In this document: positions 55,381 to 64,000 of the stretch, piece after piece
Layout of the letters: each line of letters opens with the position of its first letter
How positions within the stretch are numbered: the first letter of the stretch is position 1
NCBI RefSeq assembly: GCF_009914755.1
Contig: NC_060933.1
Strand: one strand, 5' to 3'
Length of the DNA: 64,000 bases
Source of the DNA: the human T2T-CHM13v2.0 reference genome, Homo sapiens
Translations under genes and position numbers: made by a program
Notes under the pieces: model-generated
What the model was told of the DNA's origin: nothing
Database searches by the model: none
What the model saw: only the letters and a program-made list of their open reading frames with translations

Positions 55381-56521
55381 TTCTTCATTAGCATTTCCCA
55401 ATGTGTTATATAATTGTTATTCAAAGGAAAAATATCTTACAAAACTCCAGTTACTGCTGGGGCATGACAGCCCTAGCCATAGTTCCAGGCACCCTGAGAT
55501 CCATGTACCTGTGATGAGGTTTAGTGGCATCGGCTCTATATTTCTCATGAAGCTGTAGGACAATGAACTGAGACAGTAAATAAGAAAGCACCTTATGCAT
55601 CATCAAACCACACACAGGCACGGGGTGAGGTATGCACTCCATGGCAACAGCAACCGGGGTTAATAGATTACATTCACCCAGCTCCAGTGAATGTGTCAGG
55701 GGATGAGATGCCCCCAGCAGTTACTACGAGAGCTGTGAGAACAGAAGAAGTCAGCACTGCAGCCTAGAGCCCTCAAGGGGCACTTGGAAGGTCGTCCAAG
55801 CCGAATTCCCTCCCCTCAAGGCTGGGGCAGAGACTCTCTATCTTCTATGTCTAATGACTAACCACAGTGGGTGTTCAAAATCAACTCCAGACATGGCTCC
55901 TCCCTACCGTCAGAGTGGAGATGACCCAGGAGGAAGGCTCATGGGCTCTGGGCCATCTCTATGCCAAGGTCTGTTTCCTTGGGGCAGCACAGGGCACATC
56001 AAGGATTTATTCTCCCTGTGGAAAAGAAAGGTGTCAAAGTGGGAATGCTTATGTTGAAATATGTGCTGGGCACTTCCTGTGTCTGCACTGACCACTTCTA
56101 GAGGGCATCTGGGGAGCTTGGACCTGTCTGGCCAGGGCTGGCAGGCATTGTTTCCCTAGGTTCTTTCTCATCCTCAAGCCCTGACCAAGCCTCAGCCCTG
56201 ACTTCTGTTCCCTCCAGCCAGTCCTCCTCCTGGCCCAGGCTCTTTGTCATACAAATGCCTCTGGGCTCTTTCTTCACTTTGCTGTTCCACATGGCACACA
56301 TCTCCTGTCTCTCCACCTAGGAGGCCCCTAAGTCTCTGTGGCCTGCGTCTTTCCCTAAAATCTCTCTGTGAAGCCACTGACATTGTCACTGTGCTCACAC
56401 AGTGTTTGTGCAGCCAGGTGGGGCTGGAGAAAGGACTCTGAACTTGGGGGGTGGGTTTTGTATTCCACCCCCATCACTTGGCAGTTCTGTGACCTTGATC
56501 ATGGTCTTTGGAACACTTGGG

Positions 56522-56836
<315 letters not shown>

Positions 56837-56889
56837 TGAAACTCTTGTTTATTGATATTTTCCCATGCTGGTCTCCTTATAATTCTGAC

Positions 56890-57750
56890 TCAGTGTTCTT
56901 ATCTCTATTTCACAGATGAGAAAACCTTGTCTCAGAAAGTGGGTTTTCAGGCTTACAGACCCTGTGAGCACCATGGGTAGAGTGCCACATCCGACATCTA
57001 GGCACCCAAGCCAGCACTTCGGGATGTGCCGATGATGCTTCTCATCTTGGCTCTTCCAGTATGGAATGGGGTGATGACCCCTGCTTCTCAGAGTTGTTAC
57101 GAGGATCAAATGAATCTCCAGTCTTACTGGACTGTGGGGTTCACAGGAGATGCATGCTTTATCCACAGCAGTTGTCCTAGCATCCAGAACTGGGCCTGGT
57201 GCATAGAATAAGTGCAAAATAAGTATTTATTTAAGTGGACCACATAAGCAAGCCCTCTGCTCAGCACCTGGCAAAAGGCAGGCATTCCATAAACTATAGT
57301 TGTAGGAGGAGGATTTTTACATATATACTCAGCCAAGTTACTCATCATCTATTTTCATCTACCTTTTGTGGTCAAGCGCCCTTAGTGCCCAGTATGGAGC
57401 CTGGCACACACTGGCCACTTAACAACCATGTGTTTGTGCTGCTGAGGAGGGTGGTGGCCACATGCAATATAGAAGGGGCATGCCCGCCCTTCAAATATAG
57501 CAGTCCTGAACAAGTGGATCCACATAGAGAAAATGAACACATTTATTTATGCTCGCTCTTGTTAGGCAATGTAAACGTATTTTGCTGTGATTCATTTAAT
57601 TCCCTCACACACACAAAAACAAAGGGCTCTGCTCTTTTTACAGATGAGGAGACTGAAGCCTCAAGGAGTTGAGTTGTTCACAGGGCATGAAAATTAAGTG
57701 AATTATAGAAAAAATAAGTTTACAATGCCTAACATACAGTAAGCACTAAA
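56890..57750. mobile_element. Cluster of MIR and L2 fragments
   Basis: tttcacagatgagaaaacc (56908), gagttgttacgaggatcaaatga (57090), gcctggcacacactgg (57399), ttttacagatgaggagactgaagc (57636). Confidence 0.6.
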
Positions 57751-58779
57751 TAAGTGTTTTGATTTTCTTTATTTGGAAAGGGTTGTTTGCTCTAATCCAC
57801 TGCTCCATGTAGCCACTGGGACATCTCCACTGATTGTGGGTAGAGGGGAAGGCCACGTCCTGAGAAGACCTTCTCCAGGGGAAGAAATGCCCTGAAAACC
57901 ACCCAAAGGAGCTGCTCTTGATGCGTTGAAACAGAAAAAGAGAACAAAGAACATCTGGGGGTTCTTCCTCCTTTTCCAAGCACAATGCAGGCTGCCATTT
58001 TCCATTTAAAAGCTTAAAAAAAATTGTAGTTAATAAGAGAAAAAAAATCCCTCACAATTCTTAGGGGAAATCCAAAGACAGTTATTCTCATCATATTTTG
58101 AGGAAGTCTTGAATCCTTCACTGGCTGATATCAGATTCTCAGAAAGCAACTGACCTGCAAAAGCCATTAAACAGCCTCATCTGGATGGGGGTTTTGAGAA
58201 TGAAATACGGCAGAAAAATAAACCCAGACAATGGAGCCTTCGAAGGGGGCCTCCAAGAGCACACACAGACAGGCAGGCACACATGTTGAGGAAGGTCTGC
58301 AGCTTCCCTGATCTCCCCTCCAGGCTCCCAGGTTCTGGAATGTTGTGCATTTCCACTCCAGCAGGACAAGGTGAATCTCAGAGGAATGTTACATTTCCCC
58401 GACGGGCCACTTCCTTTCTAGCAGGAGAGGAGCCCACGCTGGAATGTGTTCCCAGGGCTGCTTTTAGGGCTTTTCACTAAAGTAAGACTCTTTCCATAAT
58501 AATGAAAAGAATATGAACTCACATTTGCAGATTATCCTGGATGATTTACTTTGTTCAATGGCCTCAGCTCTATAGTTGTGGGAAATGAGAACTAGAGAGA
58601 GAAGTAACTTGCCAAGTTTGCCTAACTGATAGATGGAGCCAGAACCAGAACCCCCCTCACAGACCACACCCTCCATCACTGTCAACGTTGTACTGCCTCC
58701 AGTCACCTATCTACAAAACATTACCTGGGTAGTTTGAAAATTCACAGAAGATCTTGTCTCTTCCTTGCTTAGACCCTTC

Positions 58780-59201
58780 TGCATTAGCCTGTTCTCGCAT
58801 TGCTATAAAGAAATACCTGAGACTGGGAAATTTATAAATAAAAGAGGTTTAATTGGCTCACGGTTCTGAGGCTGTACAGGAACCATGATGCTGGCATCTG
58901 CCCAGCTTCTGGGGAGGCCTCAGGAAGCTTACAGTTATGGAGGAAGGCAAAGTGGGAGCAGGCACTTCGCATGGCTGGAACAGGAGCAAAAGGAGTAGTG
59001 GGGGAGGTGCTGCCGATGTTTAAATAAGAACTCGTGAGAACTCACTCATTATCAAAAGAACAGAACCAAGGCGATGGTCCTAATCCATTCATGAGAAACT
59101 GCCCCCATGATCCAGTCGCCTCCCACTGGGTCCCACCTCCAACACTGGGGATCAAAATTGAACATAAGTTTTGGGTGGGGACACAGATTAAAACCATATC
59201 A
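58780..59201 (-). mobile_element. MSTA solo LTR
   Basis: tgcattagcctgttctcgcattgctataaagaaatacctgagactggg ... ggggacacagattaaaaccatatca; perfect TSD CCTTC. Confidence 0.93.
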
Positions 59202-60074
59202 CCTTCCATTCCCACTAGCTTGGATGAAGCTCAAGCATTCTTTTGTGGCTCATGGCTTCCTGGGCCAGGTCCACACAAACCATTCAGGGCAAGTGATAAT
59301 GGATAGTCCATATATCATATCTCTGCATATTTTAAAGCTCTGGTCTCAGCCCAGCCCCCAGCCCAAAGGAGAACCCTTTGTGCTCAGGTACTCAAGTTTT
59401 CATGTCCTTGCAAGTGAATATTCTGGCCTGAACATCCAACCTCTGAGCACACGTGTGTGGACACCTGCCTGGATTCCCACTTGCTTTGTTCACCCACTGA
59501 ACTCCCAACTTCCAAAATCTGCGTATGGCTCTTACCACACTTACCACACTGTTGTCCACATGTCTGTGCTCAGCTACCCCTTGAGCCCAGGGTACATACT
59601 GGACAGTTGGTCAGTCCTCAGGAAGAGACCTACAGGAAGTGGGTTTGGGATGTTTGGGCAGTGAATTCTGGGTTTTGGGGTGTCACAAGCATGATCTAGA
59701 AGGAGGGGTACAGGCCCAAGGTGGGCACACCCCCTCTGCAGAAACGGACCCAGCAGAGCAGGACCAGTGTGGACTCTCTAAAGGCCAGCCCACCCTCCTC
59801 CTTTCAGGCTGAGGGCCTCCCTGGCCAGGCCCAGACCCAATGTCTGGCCTCATTTCCTGCTGTATGATGCCAGCCTTTGTAAGTCACTTGCAGTCCCCAA
59901 GAGCAACCTCTGTCTCATATCCCCATGGACCCATTTTTTATTATATGCCTGCCTGGGATCCCCCACTTGCTTTGTTCATCCACTGAACCCCCAACCAACA
60001 CCAAAACTCCAGTCTGGCTCTTACTCTGTTGCACAATGATGATTTTATAGTCTGCCTTCCAGACCAGATGGATG

Positions 60075-60141
60075 TTCTCAGTCCAAGCACAATGCCCAAC
60101 ATAGGGTTGATATTTAATCAACGTATTGCCTGAATGAATGA
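60075..60141 (+). mobile_element. L2 3' terminus
   Basis: agcacaatgcccaacatagg ... gcctgaatgaatga. Confidence 0.55.
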
Positions 60142-60287
60142 TTTTACTTGCCCTGCATTCTAGAAAAAATGAGAGACTAGCTTTTGTTCAGAGAGTCACA
60201 GAAAAAAAAATAAGGAAGGCTGGAATAATATGTGCTTATGTCATCTCCCTCCAGGCAGGTCTTGGCTGAAGGGCAGCAACTGTGGTC

Positions 60288-60435
60288 TGATCACCTCTTA
60301 AAGATCTTACCACTTAATATTGTTGTGTTGGGGATTAAGTTTCCAATGCATACCTTTTGAGGGATACATTCAAGCCATAACAGGCTTCAACATATTTCAG
60401 AATTTGAGGACAGGCACAAATATTCAGTTTATAGC
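60288..60435 (-). mobile_element. Adjacent MST and MLT1 LTR 5'-end fragments
   Basis: atcacctcttaaag ... ggggattaagtttccaa ... acattcaagccataaca, then cacaaatattcagtttatagc. Confidence 0.6.
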
Positions 60436-60439
60436 TACA

Positions 60440-61880
<1,441 letters not shown>

Positions 61881-62767
61881 TATACTTGTAGTTTGGCTTC
61901 AATTTTTATTTTATATTTCATTTCAGAAACTAATGTGACACCCATGTCAACCATTCTTGAGCTGCATTAACGTACAAAGAGACTTGAGCAATTTGCCTAC
62001 TTTTCATCGAGCAAAATTTTGTTTCCCAAATCCAATTATTCAATCTCTAAATTGCTTGCTTCCCACTTCCTTTTCGTCATAGTCTCTTTATATTAATACC
62101 AAACTTGGCTTTTTTTCCTTCCTTTTATGGCCTCTCAGCCCAAACCACCAGTCCCTAGATAACTAATTATCTGTGTCTTCTGGCCTCATCCCAACTTTTT
62201 AGGGCAGTGAGCTAACACTTCTTTTTGTATGTTAGGAGTTCTCAACTTTTTTGAAGAAACATGGTGCTTTCTAAAATAAATGGGAGAACATAAGACAAAG
62301 CAAAGCCAGAAGAAATTAATTTTCTTTGGAAAATCCCAAAAGTCAGGAAAGTTTTCTGAAGACTGAATATTCTTCACCACTCATTTTCACTTTTATTCAT
62401 TCAACATTGTTTGAACCTTCACCCTGTAATGGGCTCTTTAGTGGCATCATGGCTACTAATGTGAGGAAGGTATGGAGAGCCACCTAACAGGGCTCTGCTC
62501 TTCTCTCCGCTGCATGTTCCACAGGCGCTCATGGCAAAACTCACCCAAATCTCTTCATGGTGACCACTTGTTCAGCCTTATATCTTCCCTCACAAGCATA
62601 GCCCTTTTCTGAGACTTGCATTTGCTTTAAAATTTTGAATTTCCAAATTCCCAATATGGTTTACTTCATAATTGAGACATAAAGTTCACTGCAGAAGAGA
62701 AGATACCCCCACAAGTCAGAAAATGCTCTTTAATTGTTTATTAAAAATGAAAGAGTGGAAATTATTG

Positions 62768-63445
62768 AGCAAATCCAAATAGAACAAATCTAAAAAATCC
62801 ATACCAAGACACATTGTAGTCAAATTTCTGGAACCTAAACAAAGAAAAATTCTTGAAAGCAGTGTGAGAGAATGACACCTTAACCTATAGAGGAAAAGTC
62901 ACTTAAATGAAAGATAATATCTCATCAGAAACCATGGAGACCAGAAGTAAGTGGCTTAAATTTTCTTTAAAGTACTGGGAAAAGAAACCCTACCAATAAG
63001 CATTCAGTATCCAATGAAAATATTTTATGGGGATGAAAGGAAAATCAATCATTCTCAGATGAATTTCAGAAATCATCATTCTCAGATGAAGTAAAAACTA
63101 AGCAAAATTTTTACCAATACTCCTACCCTAAAAGTATGGGTAACGGACATTCTTTCAATATAAAGGATATGATAAAAATAAGAAATCTTGAAACATTAAA
63201 AAAAAGGTGAATGGGGAGAGTAAAAATATGGTGAATACAATAGAATTTCCTCCTCCTCTTGAGTTTTCCAAATTATGTGTGATATTGGAGCAAAAATTCT
63301 GACACTCTGATATTGTTCTCAATGTATGTTGAGAAAATAATTGATATAATCATAAACTGGAAAGGATAAAAAATATGCTAAATAAAGGAAAGTTTCTATA
63401 CCTAATTTGAACTGAAAAAATGTTGAAGCCTTTAGACTATAGAAT
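62768..63445 (+). mobile_element. Ancient L1 ORF1 C-terminal half
   Basis: ccaagacacattgtagtcaaatttctg ... aaaattcttgaaagcag ... ctcatcagaaaccatggagaccagaag. Confidence 0.75.
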
Positions 63446-63529
63446 TATATATATAACAAATATATAATAAACATATTTTATATATAAAATATATATTTCT
63501 ATACATAATGCAATTCTATATATAATATA

Positions 63530-63577
<48 letters not shown>
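63446..63577. repeat. AT-rich low-complexity tract ending in pure (TA)n
   Basis: About 22 perfect AT units at 63533-63577. Confidence 0.95.
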
Positions 63578-63578
<1 letters not shown>

Positions 63579-64000
63579 GATTCCATTATTGATTTCTGCA
63601 TTGCAGAAATTTGATCCTCCTTCTCTGAGAGGGAGCCGGTTTTCGTTTCCTTTAGTCTAAAGGCTTCAACATTTTATCTGTACAAATTAGGTGTAGAAAT
63701 CTTCCCTTCTTCATCATGGCACCCAGGAAGAGAATTCTAACTCAGAATATCTTGGCTAAAACCACAACATTGAGCATGGAATTCATTCCTGTGCAGTTTC
63801 TCCATGCTAGTCTGTGTCACTAATGATGGTATCTAAGAAGCTATGGAAGAAGGACGAAAGTCCTATTTTTTCTTTTGTATTAGAGATGATTAAGATGTCA
63901 TGTCTTTCCCACCAGCTTTTCCCTTTCTCTTGATATGAAGAGTGTTGAGATTTTGAAAAGCAAGGAAATAGAGAATAGAAATCTCAGATTCTTTTCCTCT

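Noticed and set aside
59107-59664. Longest ORF (185 aa)
   Set aside because: It starts inside the antisense MSTA LTR, resembles no protein family I know, and is of a length expected by chance.

Overview
Primate (almost certainly human or great-ape) non-coding genomic DNA, either intergenic or deep intronic. I found no credible protein-coding exon, CpG island, tRNA/rRNA/snRNA gene or CRISPR-like array, and I could not identify the locus. Roughly half the window is interspersed repeat: 17 Alu copies or fragments (many with visible target-site duplications, TSDs), several ancient L1M pieces (five of them carrying 5'UTR/ORF1), one L1PA7 3' end, L2 and MIR relics, two 2-LTR MaLR proviruses (MLT1A0 at about 50.2-52.8 kb; MLT1I-like at about 27.5-30.0 kb with a nested LTR), solo THE1C, MSTA, MLT1 and MER74-like LTRs, and DNA-transposon relics (MER5, MER53, MER91A, MADE1). 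The most notable non-TE structures are a ~17-bp minisatellite packed with CAGGTG E-boxes (42.8-43.1 kb), a ~35-bp minisatellite with a trimeric higher-order structure and TFAP2-like sites (37.05-37.28 kb), an old direct duplication with a ~485-bp period (59.4-60.0 kb), a closely spaced inverted Alu pair (4.9-6.1 kb), and a few candidate enhancer or non-coding exon signals. Repeat subfamily names come from recalled consensus motifs, not from a database search, and boundaries of ancient repeats are approximate. I found no evidence for a new multi-gene system.
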